Shown here piece by piece: positions 1 through 13,800 of a stretch of DNA of 64,000 nt. Numbering within the stretch: position 1 is the stretch's first letter; each line of letters opens with the position of its first letter. Origin of the DNA: Podarcis bocagei (taxonomy: Eukaryota); the NCBI GenBank assembly GCA_964188305.1, contig OZ076886.1. One strand, 5' to 3'. The notes beneath the pieces are model-generated. The model saw only the letters and a list, made by a program, of their open reading frames with translations, ran no database searches and was not told the origin of the DNA. Both the position numbers and the translations under genes were made by a program.

Positions 1-339
1 GGATAAATTACTGTACGCTGTGATAAGTATTGTTAGGATTGGAGAAAAGATGGCTTGTCTTGGAAGGACAGATAAGGACTCGAGCTGGACAGAGCTGGGA
101 TATGGCTAGGGAGATAAATATGTGGTTTTAAAAGATATACAGAGCAAGAGGACAGATGGGGCTGGAAAGATGGGTTGTGGGCTGATGATAATTAATGGAA
201 ATGGTGTGCTTCAAAACTATCCTTGTGAGCTGGGCTCCTGCTATAGGGCTAGTTATCTCTGTCTTTGTGATGTGGGTAAATAGACACTGCACATAAACAC
301 ATAACTCTTTTGTTTTCTCCCTTCCGTTCCCACCCCCAG

Positions 340-720
340 CACCCTTTCATGGAGCTACGCGTGCTGGAGAACAACAAACGGTCCCGGAGGAACCTGGGAC
401 TAGACTGCGACGAGCACTCCACTGAGTCCCGTTGCTGCCGCTACCCACTGACTGTTGATTTTGAGGCCTTCGGCTGGGATTGGATTATCGCCCCCAAGCG
501 GTACAAAGCCAACTATTGTTCCGGCCAGTGCGAGTATATGTTCATGCAGAAATATCCTCATACCCATCTGGTGCAGCAGGCCAATCCCCGGGGCTCAGCC
601 GGGCCTTGCTGCACACCCACCAAGATGTCCCCCATCAACATGCTGTACTTCAATGACAAACAGCAGATAATCTATGGCAAAATCCCTGGCATGGTTGTTG
701 ACAGGTGTGGATGCTCTTAA
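340..720 (+). CDS. GDF11: GDF11 (BMP11) final coding exon: end of prodomain, RSRR furin site, mature domain 391-717, stop TAA
   Basis: Polypyrimidine tract and CAG acceptor at 337-339, then [36 protein letters not shown]...[11 protein letters not shown]11-type residues ([28 protein letters not shown]) distinguish it from myostatin. Adjacency to SARNP matches known synteny. The track's start at 310 is intronic. Confidence 0.98.
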   Translation, partial: HPFMELRVLENNKRSRRNLGLDCDEHSTESRCCRYPLTVDFEAFGWDWIIAPKRYKANYCSGQCEYMFMQKYPHTHLVQQANPRGSAGPCCTPTKMSPINMLYFNDKQQIIYGKIPGMVVDRCGCS

Positions 721-3700
721 ACCCTCTGCCTGTCCTGTCACTCCTTCCTCATGATTTCCCTGGATTCCTGCTTCGATGATGCATCCTGACACTGATGAAT
801 CCATTCCTGATCATTTTAAAACATTTCTGAAGAGAAAATAATTGTGGGAAAAGAACAAGATGGATAGAATTGTATTGAAAATCTCTGAAGTGACATCATG
901 CACTGTGCAATAATCAAAACAGACGTCACGTTACTGGAGAGTGAATGAGTTGGCTTGGATCAATACTTTCCTCGCTGAGGCAGATCTGAAATGACCTCTT
1001 CTCTTCCAAAACCCTTTGTTTGACCCATCATTGCTCAAGCTTTACTTTTACTGGTATTGTTTTTCTTCCCAACCCCCTTTCTCTCTCAATCTGAGAGTAA
1101 AATGATTACAAAGTGGGAAAAGTTCATCAGAAAGAGAGAGGCTCTTCAACCCGTTTACAAACAGTGAAAGCTTCCTAGATTGTGATTGTTAAGTTAAATA
1201 AAATGTTGTATGGAGCTATAGAGATAAAGAGGGGAAAAAGAGGTAAATATTTTGTATTAAGATGAAGAAAGACAGAGAAAGGGACCAGCCAGCTTGGGGA
1301 ATATTTGGCATTTTGGGGGGGTGGGTGGGAGGGTGAATATGATGTGGGACTTTGAGGGTTGCTGACCTGCCTGCCTTTTGTGAGACAGACTCCCTTAAAA
1401 GTTAGGAGATGCCCAAGAAACAGAAACCAGAGTCCACTTGCCATGTTTTTCTCTGATGCATAGTTCCAAGGTGATGAAGTAGAAGTGTAGTCCATAGACT
1501 TAGATGGGTGTTGGAGGAGCTGTCCAATCAGAGGAAAAATTTAATTCCATCTGCCTTGGGTGTAAGTCCACCTCCTTAGTTTCAGTATCCCTCATGCAGA
1601 TTGACACTATCCACTTCAAAGTTGATATCCTTCAGTGTTAGTGTCCTTAGGAAACTGTAAACTCAACTCATTGAATTCAAAGTTGCTGTTAGCTTAACAT
1701 GTACTTAACCTAAGTTCATTTTTGAAGTAGTGGGGAAAAGAGTCTTGTTTTTGTGAGGACAAAGGATCTCTGTCCCCTTTTACTCCTCTGGCATAATTTG
1801 ACTTATACCACCAAGGGTTTTCACTTGCAGGGTAGGAGTCTGTCAAAGATGCAGTAGAGGAGAAATATTTCCTTTATTTATTGAATCATTCTCTGCATTG
1901 GAGCTTTCCTTTAAGCATAACTTTTGTTTAATGTTTCAGTGATGAAGGCCCCCACCCACCCACCCAATGTATATATAGAACTAATGGTTTTCTTTGCTAA
2001 CTGAACTAGACACACACATATGATTTGGCTACTTGCAAGAATTGTTTCTAATGGCTAGAGCAGGAATGGGGAGCCCATGTCCCTCCAAGATGATGTTGGG
2101 CCACCACTCCTATCATCCTTGACAATTGGTCATGTCAGCTGAGGCTGATGGGATGTGAAGTCTAATAGCATCTTAGGGGCTGCAAGTTCCCCATGTCTGG
2201 GAAAAATGGCTTGTTGGTGTTAGGCAGTTTTTAATAACACAGCAGTCGCATGAGTGCGTTGCTGTGTCTGGCTCCTCTTCACCTTCACTGTTGTATCAAT
2301 GCTCTTTTTATTTTAAAATGCACTTATGTAGATCCTTAACCTGTCTATAGCCTTCCATGAAACTACAGTGTGACCTTCCTTTCCCTAACCAAGAAACACA
2401 GTGCAATTCTGCTTCCTACTATTTGAGGCAACAAAGCCCAGGATAACATAGGGAAATTATACATTAACTCACAAAAAGAGATGCAATGGTCTCTAATTGT
2501 TTTTATGCCACAGAATGTATTTAATCTAGAGTTGGTGTTACTTTTTTTCAACAGTATATTGAACAGATCATTGCTCTTCAGATAATGAAACACTGGCCAA
2601 ACACTGGGCATTTAGCAAATGCCATATTTGAGCTTGATTTCTAGGTTTAGAAACTGGCATAGAAGGGTCAGATAGAATGCCTGCTGAAGCCTCTACACTG
2701 ATGTCCCCAGACAGATGTAAGTTACTTGATAATGCCAAATTGGTTGCAGATATTGTCACTGGCCTCCTTCGAGTCGACAGCCTTGGGAAGATGTTGGGTT
2801 ATAATGGATTTCATATCCATGGCTTACGATTCTTAGAATCAAAGGAGGATATAAAAGTTTAAATAGGAGAAGCTCTTAGGGGAGTATAAGGTCTTGGTAA
2901 TTGTGGTGTTACCTATAATGGCTCTAAATGTGGAGTCAAGGTATTGATTCCAGTGTGGATTTTCAACCCAAGTGACTAATGCTATACTGCAATTTGGAGC
3001 CAACAGAGCAACCCATTAGTTAGTGGTTCACATCCTATGTGAATTAGAAATTGTTGCTGTCTGATAGTCACCACAATTCAACCATTCCCTGTAAATTTTC
3101 CATCTGTGATGGGACTAAAGTTTGAATGTAGTCTGTTTGGGGGGACTCACTTGTTCAATTAAGCAGCCAAATTATAGATTGAAGGAGCCATTGAAATATT
3201 GTTCTCAAAAGCTGAAGCACTTAGGCAGATGAAATGGCATATATAGTGAACTTTTTTTCTTGCAGAAGTATTTCTATATTCAAATAGGGAAAATGTTAGG
3301 TGTAGGAAAGCTCTTATAGTGAGTAGGTGGCCCCAGGTTATTTATGGCATTTGGAAAGTAGACTTACGCACCTCAATTTGTGAGGTCAAAGTATGAATTC
3401 TATTCATGCAAGAGTTTGCTTCTGCAGGCTGTTCATAATTTCTCCAATAAATCTGAGGTGCAGAATTTGCAGTTGCTTAATGAAGGAAGGGGAAAGAGCA
3501 AATGAGAATTCTCTCTGAAGTAGACAATGCCTTATTGCGCCAAACTGGAACAGTCAGGCTCAGACTACTCATACCATTGTGGCGTCTTTGCTTCCCTTCT
3601 GCTATTTTCATGACAGTATGAAATCAGAATCCCTGTTTCTCCAGAGTTCAGCTGTTCCTGCTGCTTTAGGGCTTGTTTCTCCACTTCTCTGCTTGGGCTG

Positions 3701-5416
3701 TCTAGCGAGCTGCTGTGTGGCATGATGCAACCCTTCAGAAATTTCTGTCATGGGTCTGGAACCTGGGTGTGGGGGTGATGGACTGGAGGGGAGTCTGTAG
3801 CAGACCCTGGAGCCAAGTGTTTGTTCAAATTTTTTAGCAAGACTCTTTTGAGCCACCCATCAACTTGTTTGCCAGAATTACAGCTGTTCTATTGCATGAA
3901 AGCAGCTAAACTATGTCACTCGACTTCTCCTGAAGTTGCTTTTTTTTTGGATGGATAAAGAATCAGATTAGACCACCAGGAACTAATTCATCCTACAGAT
4001 TACCACCTTTCAAAATCTAGCACTTATTGTATTAAAGAAGCTGTGTACATCACCACCCAGTTCAATTCTTGTATGGACAAATTTTGGTCCTTTTGTAGGT
4101 CGATACATACTATGGAATCTTTGCCTTCCTGATCTGAAGTTACAGGGTACCAGAATGTTGGGCAAACTTTGAATGAAGGCTTGGATGAAGGTGCATAGGA
4201 TGAGACGCTGTGGAAAATCTTAACTCCCTACCCTGCCTCTTACCCTGTTGCTAGGGAGTTCAATGCTGCCCTAGCTAAGCAAAATCTTAGCACTTCTCAT
4301 GGGTTTAAACCCTAAAATCCAAAAAAGGGAACAGTCCCTTGCTCAAGGTTGCACAGAGATCAGCTCTTTTTTGCGCTACACTACCCCTCTCTAGCACTTA
4401 TAGACTGAAGCGCTTCACTCTTTTTCAAAGCACTCAAACTTACCTTTTCTTATGCTAAATTACATTAACTTAACTTTGTGCAAATGAACTAGCTAGCTTA
4501 AGTATATACAGGACAGCAGCTCTGCAGATGGAAGCCCATGACAGGATTTAAGCCAGGAATCCTCAACGGTTTGGGGTCACTTGGATTCTTTAAGGTGACT
4601 GCAAAGCATTTAAGTTCTCAATATGTTATATTTGTTACCTTCATTTCCTTTTTCTGCAGCTTGTATTTTGGGTTGGATCATTAGATTAAAAACAACAGAA
4701 ACTAAATTATAGTTTCCTTCATAGTGTGCCACCAAGCATCACAAAAGAGAATATCAGAAATATGAAGGACATATCTTGCTAGTTTCATATTAAAATATAC
4801 TGTATTTAGAATAAAAAGCTGAGGGAAGAGAAGTGTACTTACTACATGTTTTTTTACTGTGAGATTTATCTAACAAAAATATATCCCAGCAATTTGACAT
4901 GAGTGGAATTGGTATTTTTTATTAATGGGGAATCTGAGCAGTTGCTACATGGTGATGTAGAGCAATGCCATTCTTTTTTCTCTCCAGTTCCTGAGAAATC
5001 AAAAGACATAAATCTCTAATTGTTGTGATTGATCGGAACAGCTTTCTCTGGAAGTCTGAAGAGAATCTGGTATTTGAAGAAATGTCACCAGTCCTTTTGA
5101 TGCAATGGAAAACGATGATCGATTTCATTTGTTCTTGTTTTTTCTCTGAAGGATTCCATTGCTGTGGGCCTTTGCCAGATGTACTAAAGAAGTCACTTGT
5201 TCAGCAATACTTTAATCAAGCACAGTTACCTCTACTTCATGCCTCTGCTTTTCCCTTTGGAAAATATTAGCTTTGTAGGATCTCTCCTTGAACTGGGAAA
5301 GCGCATAGGAGCAGGTGGTTCAAAGAAAAGATGCGAGATGGGATTCCTTGATTGATGCCATTGACTTTACCAAGTGATCTTTAAGGGATGACACTTCTTC
5401 TTTGCATAACAGCAGG

Positions 5417-5417
<1 letters not shown>

Positions 5418-5474
<57 letters not shown>

Positions 5475-5490
5475 AGGGAGATAGATAGAT
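5418..5490. repeat. Compound microsatellite (AT)n(AG)n(AGGG)n(AGAT)n
   Basis: Directly visible. Confidence 0.95.
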
Positions 5491-8400
5491 AGCATATTGA
5501 TCAGCTTGTGAGTTAAGGAGCTAAGGCCCTCCACTAGAGATTGGCGAAGAGGTACAGAAAAGGAAGATGACTTTTAAAGGAAAAGAAATAATCAGGCACT
5601 GGTCTCTTTCCCCATCTAGTCCATTCCTTAATACAAAGAACATTTGACATTATTCCTCTTCTAACGTTAGTTGAAATACAGTTGCTTTTCTTACTGGATC
5701 TCTATTGTTCCTCCCCAGCCAGCACTTAGGTATGCAAACACCACTGTTATCATTACCCACTCTGGCAACAAGGTCAATTTGACAATCAGGACAGTGTTGC
5801 AGAACCCATATTCTTAACAGATTCAGGAGGACTGTGCCTGCAGCCTCCTCAGTCCAACAGACTTGATGTACCTGAACCATGAAAATCCAATTCAGACTGG
5901 CAACAGCATGCTTTACTAATTTAATGAGGGTGTGCTTCCTAGAGAGCCAAGTTACAGATATATAACACACACATGTATAACACTGGCTTTGATAAAGGAC
6001 TAGGGGTTTGAGAAACGCAGTGTTACTTTTTGTCCAAAGGATGCAACTTTCATGTTTGCTTTCTAAAGTGCATAAGTGTACAGTATCTATGCATGCTTAG
6101 AAAGCAAAGGGGATCTTGAACTGGTCTTACAGTATACAGGAGGCAATTCTAGCTAGTATCCTGTTACAACTCTTGTCTTCCAGCCCCTTGCCTCTCTGCT
6201 TCTGGAAGTATAAAAAGAAGTAGAACATGAGTTCAGATTCAGTTGCAGTGGCACATCACTGGTTTTATGTCATGCATAAAACAGAGTTATGTGTTCTGTT
6301 ATTGTTTTAGAAGGAATCGTGGTTGGAAGCTGAAAAGAGGGAAGTGTATAGAAGTGAGATTTCAGGTTAGCAGTGTCATACTCTCAGACTGTTATATCTG
6401 GCACTATTCTATAAAAACAGAGTAGGAAGATAGTTGTGCAGTTTGTTTTAAAATCAATAAGCAGGCTTGAGTTTTGTTTCTGGGACTGAAATCAGAATGT
6501 TTGAATTGAAAAAGGAATTTGACAATAACATGCAGATGACTGTTAATCTGTGATAGGAAAAGCATGAATCAATGTGATAATCCTCACTGATGTGGCATAT
6601 TACCTCACTCAGCTATCTAATATCTAGCAGATATTATTACACAAAATCTCCATTCAGAGAGGACCGTCGCAACAAATGTTCCACAAAAATGCTTCTTCCT
6701 AGAACCCAGTTTGAAATCTGCCAAGACCAGCCAGGGTTTATTTTGCTGTTATGTTATCAGATACTTAATTTTAATCTTGCTTTAAGAAGTTGTTCTTAGT
6801 TGAACTGCTATGGCACAGGGCCACATACTTTGCACTACACAACTCTTCCCTGTTGCGAGACGCAGAGGGGGGAAGTGTACGACAAAACTATTTTTCATTA
6901 AATATAATTTCCTGTTGGTGGCTTTGCTCAGCTGTAGGGGGTGGAAGGATATAGACACATCATTGTGGAAAACTGAGATGATCGTGGTCAAATTGGATCC
7001 CTAGGAGTTGGGCTTCTTCCAGTGGGACATCTCCAAATGTCTATTTTTGAATGCAGTGTAGTTTTCCAAAAAACAGTTCATTGCTGTGACTTGCTTGCAT
7101 AGTCAGTAGAGAAACAGGACACATTTTTTAAACTTGTTATAACAGCAGACATTCAAAATGATTAGCTGAAGTTTAGAGTTAACACAGAATATGCAATTAA
7201 TTGTATTGGGATGGAATCACTGTATTGGGATATGCCTACAAGTAGCTCATTAGATGCATTTGTACATCACAGAGACTATGGTCAGAAGGGATTGTTGAGG
7301 GAATGGCTGATAACTGGAGAACTTTTTTTCATAACCTCTCTATTAATTTTTACCAGTTCATTGTGTTTTGGTTAATGCGTACCTCATTAATATAGAGCAG
7401 ACATAGGGACCCCAGGGCCCTCCACATATAGTTGGACTCCTGGTTCTTAACAGCCCCAGAAAGCATGGTAAAGGATGATGGGAGCTGTAGTCCATCAACA
7501 CCTGGAGGGCCAAAGGCTCCCATTCCTGATAAGAGAGTTTCTGGTTAGTGAAGAAAACTTAAGAGTGATGGAGAATCTATTCCTGAATCTCACATGTGGA
7601 GATAAAAGTCCCAGTAGAACAAATGCCATTAAGGATTGTTTTGAGAGGCATGCAACCTGATCCCACGAACGCTTTTTCAGAAATAAGCCCTGCTATGTTC
7701 AGCAATGCTTACCTTGGGGTAAGTGCGCTTAGGACTGCAATGATACAGTCCATTTTACCGTTCTTTTCCTGTTAAACACTAATGCAGCCTACCCATTAAG
7801 TACGGTACACAAAATAGATGGGCAGGTCTCACCTGAAACGTGGATGTTTTCTTTCTGGGATTTGGGTGGTTTGATTCTCCACCCTACCCTTCTACTGCCC
7901 AATGGTGCTAAACTAGAAAGATAATTCCAATTCACCTGCTACTAGTGGCTCCTTTGATGGGATAGTATTTTGCTTTGGGTAATTTGACTCACAAAAGGCA
8001 AACAGGCATGGCTATTTTTGGATGTATGCATGTAAATATCAGTCCTACAAGTATATTATTATTATTAACTTTTTTGTTGATGTTACTGTGCATAAATGTC
8101 ATAGGGGTGTATGAGTGAGTGTGAGCGCGAGTGTGAGCATGTGAGCGCATGTGCCTGTGGGTATGAAATGAAGAAACGAGTTTGAGGATGACAAGTGACA
8201 CAGGCAAAGTATTTTTTAAATCACATGACCAAAAGGCCATTCACTGGTTAAGATTGTTTTTGTTTGTTTGTTTTGATCACATGACCAAACACAGCACTTG
8301 AACAACAAAATAAAAATGTAAAAATATATAAAAAAATTAAAATATAAAAAAATAAGAGTTCAGAGCTTTTCACTCCAGTCCTACATGTGGGACGTGCATA

Positions 8401-9989
8401 GCTGTCATCTCAACCTTTCCAGATGGAAACCCATTGGCTGTCTTGAGACTGACTGCCAATGAGGGGAAACTGGGATTCTGAGAGGAAAGCTAATGCCACT
8501 ATAGCCTGCATCGTGCCATATAGTCATTTTAGTTTCCCCAAGAGGTGCAAGTTGGTTTTAGGTCCATGGCTGGTGTTAATCAACAGGGACTTCTGTTGTA
8601 TTGGGGCAGTTTGTGTCCCATTCACACCTATCCACCAACATCTTGAATGGCTGCCTTTCTCTACAAAAGGGATACCAGTTCACTTTGGAAGCAAGAGGCC
8701 ATCCTATCAGGACATTTGAGGAGGCCTCAGAGACTTTGCAGGAGTGAAGCAAAGCATCTGGACTTAAAAATGCTGAATGTTCACTGTAAAAATTGTCTGT
8801 ATTGAAAGACTGCTTTGGGCTAAGGTACCATTTGCACTATAGAAGGTTAAAGAAAATTTAAAGAGACTAGGATGGGATTTCCCTTTTGTGACACACCCTA
8901 GAGCTCAAGAAGAGATACTTTTATGTCTGTGCTTTCTCTTTTTGTAATGGCTGTGTGTGAAGATTAGTGCATATGAATCTTGGTGTCGAATCCTTTCCTG
9001 CCGAAGGCAATACACTGCGTAGTTCTGCAATCTCAGCAACCACACATTGTTATATCTGACTTCCAAGCCACAAAGTGTCTTGTTACTGCCATGCCACTGA
9101 ATACAATGCTCATAGGGCAAACTAACTCACTAGCTGATTTCTTAGTTAAATAAACACCTACCGGCCATTTATGTACTTCTTCTTGCTATCAAATCTTTCT
9201 GAAGATCTTTAATAGTTTAGAATTAGTCAACCAATGTCCAGCTAGCTTTAGTTTCCCCCAAGTTGTCATGGACGAGCGAGAAGAACCCATGCCAAATAAT
9301 TAAGTCTGGGAGAAGAGGCTGAAGTTAGACTTTTAGCACAATTACAGATTGTGCCTCATTTATGGGGAAAAGAGGAGTCCTAGAAAGACAGTTTTTTGCT
9401 GTTGCCTGCGAGTCAAGAATGTGTCAACAGGAGAATGGATGGCATAATACTTAGTACTAAAGGGCTTGCTCTTAAAACTATTTAACTCTTCTGTGAGCTT
9501 CAGCACCAATTTTGGTGTAACTTTGAGGCAAATTAGCTTTATCTCGGTATCATCTGTGGAACAGGGATATCTTTTATACCAGTAGTATGAGACTTAATTA
9601 CAGAATCCAGAAATGAGGAAAACGTAAAGGCACAGAAATGACTGACAGTTACTCTAAGTGGGGTGGGGTGTGAAGTGGTAGATTTTTTTTTAAACCCCGC
9701 CCATTGATTCCAGTGGGGGGAAATTATTTATACCAGCTTTAGGATGACATAGGTGGAAAGAACCTGATCGTTGGGCCTCTCTCAAGAGAATGAAGGGGAC
9801 TTTAACCTAGTAGACTCAAATTCACCCCAACCCATCCCCACTCTGCAATGTCCATGCTGCATTCCATGGGAATGGTGATCTGCCTATAAGTAGAGTGCTT
9901 CTTTGCTGATAAAGAGGCACCTCTGCCTAATCCTATCCCCTCCAGCCAGTGGATCTGAGTGTTAGGACTACTCTGTAAATTTTTCAGTA

Positions 9990-10242
9990 CAGTGGTACCT
10001 TGGTTTAAGAACAGCTTAGTTTATGAACAACTTGGATTAAGAAAGCTGCAAACCCGGAAGTAGGTGTTTTGGTTTGTGAACTTTGCCTTGGAAGCAGAAC
10101 ATGTTTCGCTTCCTGTTGAGTGTGTTCCATTTGTAAATTGAGTCCCCCGCTGCTATGGGAAAGCACGCCTTGGTTTAAGAATGCTTTGGGTTTAAGAACG
10201 GGCTTCCGGAACGGATTAAGTTCGTAAACCAAGGTACCACTG
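9990..10242. mobile_element. Tc1/mariner-pogo (Tigger-like) MITE
   Basis: TIRs CAGTGGTACCTTGGTTTA(A/C)GAAC at both ends; TA duplication at 9988-9989 and 10243-10244. Confidence 0.9.
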
Positions 10243-10817
10243 TAACTATTTATTGGAAAAAAGAAACCAATCTAATTCTGCTGGCATTTTGCTGCCTTCA
10301 AAAATCATGCCATATCATACCCTATTTTTGATGCTGTTTTTTTACATGGTTTCATTGCCATTTATCAAATTGACACAGTTATGGTCTGTTTCACTTAACA
10401 AATTTAGAGTTAGTTAAGAATTATGTCACAGACCTTTTACCATGAAAACAGTATTCCTCTCTCAGTTGAACAAGCTCCTAGCTGTTCGCTTTGCCAAAAA
10501 TCCACCATTGCACATATTTTCTAATCTCTCCTGCCCCATAGGGGTTACTGACTGAAAACACAAAAATTAAATTAAGATGGCACTCATTTATGAGGAACTG
10601 GGGTCAGAACAACTGGATCTTGTAACAGCTGTTATTTCACATACATCTTAGAAAAAGAAAATTAGAGGAAAGCAAACACAAATATGGATTGCCTTGGCTA
10701 TATTTCTCTTCTGTGTTGTATGAACTAAATTTGTTCTGTAACTGGCTTTAGTCTGTCCAGTATATCATAACCATTGCTTCTGTTCCAATTTCTCTTTGTC
10801 CTTTTTAAGATTTTTTT

Positions 10818-10860
10818 TGTACAATAAATATATATAGCAAAAAGCATTTTCTTCTTTTAA
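10818..10860 (+). terminator. Candidate distal polyadenylation site of GDF11
   Basis: ttttttttgtacAATAAAtatatatagcaaaaagcattttcttcttttaa: CFIm UGUA at 10818-10821, AATAAA at 10823-10828, downstream U-rich element. Confidence 0.5.
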
Positions 10861-13800
10861 TGCACTGGCAGAGTTTTAAATCTTAAAAAGTTTATAGCTC
10901 AAAAATCCCTGTATTTGAGTGTCCAGCAAAGCCATTATGTACAATTTGAGGCTGAGTTATTATACTTTGGGATATCTTTGGTTCTATTCCTAAGAAGGAA
11001 AATATTAGAATAGAAAGTTTGAACACATGTGCAAGGCTGGAACTATGTATCTGGGTTCCCAGAACCATACGTTATACTTCCCTTGGAGAGCTGGCGTTGA
11101 TATGATTCTTGATATGCCGGTAGCTACAAGGATGCTGGAAGAAGGAGACACACCTTATTTTGAAACCTTCGCTATTCCATATTCCATTATTCCATATTCC
11201 TGGCAACTTGTTTCTCCCCATTAAGTTTTTTTTTAACAGCAAGAAACAAAGAGTCCAAAGGTCTTAGCTCTCAGTTTCCCTTGTTTACTCTCCAACACCA
11301 TCTTACTGGGCACCATACCATTCATATCGCTGGAGCAATCTGATTATGCTAAAGCACGCTTGCAGTCAGAACACAGGGGACCTAACCTTATTTTTTAAAA
11401 ACAGCCTTATGATTCCTAGCCCCTAGCGAATTCTTGGACAGGATCAAAAAATGTTCCCTAATGCCTCTCATTTTTTTCTTACATGCCCTAACACTGAATC
11501 ATCAAACTATATAACTGAGAAATATTCCAAAGAAGCCTTTCGCAATTGTTTCCTCCTAGTCCTTGTTCCCAGATTAAGGCTGCAATCCTGAACACACTTA
11601 TGACAAAAACACAACAGGACATTTCCAAGTAAACATGCACAGGATTGCATTGTGAGAGAGAAAGGAACTCTGATCACATTAAAGGTGGACGGAGGATGGA
11701 AATCAGAGTTTCTCATTTTTGTTGATAAACTCTAAAAGAAAAACCCACTGAGGATTGGAACCTAAACTGAAACTGAATTAGTTTTGATTCTCTAGGTCAT
11801 CCTTCCCTAATGTACTCTCCTGATGGTTTGGACAACAACTATCCAGTAGTCTGGAATCAAAAGAGCTGTATGCCAAAACATCCAGAGGACACCACATTGG
11901 GTAAGGCTGTCACAGGGGAAAAAAACCTAACCTACCATTTAAGCACTATATGTATATAACTTAAATAGCATTTCCATCATTCCTAAGTGCTTATCTGGCA
12001 TGTGTCGCAAAAATCAAAATGGGTCAATGCCTTATTAAAATAATATTCTAATACCATTTAGCCCATGACTATTATTTTTTTAGATCTACTTTGCATCCGT
12101 TCTACAGCTCTAAATCACATACTCTAGTCCAGAGCAATGAGCTATACATAGGCTATCATGCACAAGGATTGCCGTGCATGGGCCTGCTGGACAGATGGTG
12201 GTGTCAAACTCTGAGAGTGCGCTGATCACCTGCTGGGAGAGAAAAGGGGAGCTGACTTCAGTCCATTCCCCTGTACAAATGGATGATTGTCAAGGCTGTC
12301 AGCTCTAAGAGTGGCAATCAAGGTTATGTGCAGCCCTAAGTAGTGGGTTGTGTGCAAGAGATGCAATCCAAAAAAGGATGCTGTGGAAAGCCTGTATTTA
12401 TATGCAGATTATCCTTGCTGGCACCAGCTGTTTAATACGATCACTATTATAAGTGATTTAAGGTGTTTAATACAACCACTAAGTGATTTAAAGCAGTCAC
12501 CTTTGAAAATGCTTCTACCGCCACAGCATCTAAATTTATTGATGGTAAATTGCTCCACTGATGAGATTTAGTTAGCGCTCGTTCATCTGGCACCATTTTC
12601 TCATGTTTTGTGACAAACACTGAAACTTGGGAAAGAGCGGCAGCAATTCATTTAGTTCTCTCATCCAAGTTGTGGAGATGGTTAGAATGTCAGCAAGTCC
12701 ACCTGTCCTTTCTTCCCACAGAATGTACAATCACTAATAAGCCATCACTTTCACATGGAGAATGCACAACCAGACCCCAAAATAATCAAGTCCTGCATTC
12801 TAGACAGAGACAGCACAGTGCAAGCTAAAGCAAGCATTATTAATAAAACACAGGGTTGTAGCTGTTCCTAGAAAAGAAAGCAGAGTGTAGCGTTCTCAAG
12901 AAAGACTGACACACTGAAAAGTTCAGATTGAAATGGAAGATGGGCATTCCAGTTGCTGACCTGGTGCCATCTCAATAAAGAACCAGACAACATTGTCAAA
13001 AATGGGGGGGGGGGGCGGCAGTATAAAAATAAACAAACAGGGAAAAACAGCTCTCCCAAATAACCCTTAATGCTTCACACTTAAAGTCACTACCGATCAC
13101 GCCAGTGTTAACTTATCCTTCCCATTCATTTTGATCCAGCCTGTGTAACCCTAAAGGAAGGCACCAGAACAAAAAGAACTCCGCCCCCCCAATGCCTTTC
13201 AAATACCTTTCAATGTGACATTTGAATGATTCTTACTAGGCAAACGAACCTTTGCCTAACCCCAACACTTTGCTAAACACAGGACTGAATAGAACTGCAC
13301 TCTTCTGACTGTTCTGTCCAAATCAGGAAGATCCCAATCCAAGTCAAACAAAACATGTTTGGCAAGTGTGGTGGGTTTATGTCCTTGGATCAGGAAATAT
13401 ACACATCTAATAATCACTGCCTTAGCCCTAACGCTACGTGATTCTTCACAATGACATACATAGAGGAAGGATGTATCCTATTTGGTGCAATAATCCACAC
13501 CCTTCTTCTCTCCTTCAGCATTTTACCTTTATCCCTGTAACCATGAAGGCAAGGTCCTGGACAGAACTGTGCATGTCTGAGTGCTGTGCAGGATCTAGTA
13601 AAGCACTGATAATTTTACTTTTATTATTTATCTTTACTCATTTATTTTATGTAAAGAATGCAGATTATACAAAGGAAATAAAATACTGTCCCGAAAGGCA
13701 GACTCACAAACAAAAAAGTTATTCCATCTGTTTTGCTGTCCCAAAATTGTAAAAGCTGAGATTTACAACTGGCCAGAAGTGCTGCAGGAAACTGGATCAT

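Larger units (their letters stand above)
721..10850 (+). other. GDF11: Putative long GDF11 3' UTR (distal end uncertain)
   Basis: No coding exon follows the stop. AATAAA occurs at 1197, 3445, 4810, 8309 and 10823. The 10823 site has the best context (TGTA just upstream, T-rich tract downstream). Confidence 0.45.

Noticed and set aside
310-720. Myostatin (MSTN) call, or a stand-alone 136-aa ORF
   Set aside because: Diagnostic residues and SARNP synteny indicate GDF11; 310-339 is the intronic acceptor region.
13003-13016. Recurrent G/C homopolymers (also at about 16824, 23025, 26169, 31509, 35879, 37517, 49133, 56307, 62639) as a G-quadruplex system
   Set aside because: Scattered on both strands without shared flanks; ordinary slippage-prone mononucleotide runs.
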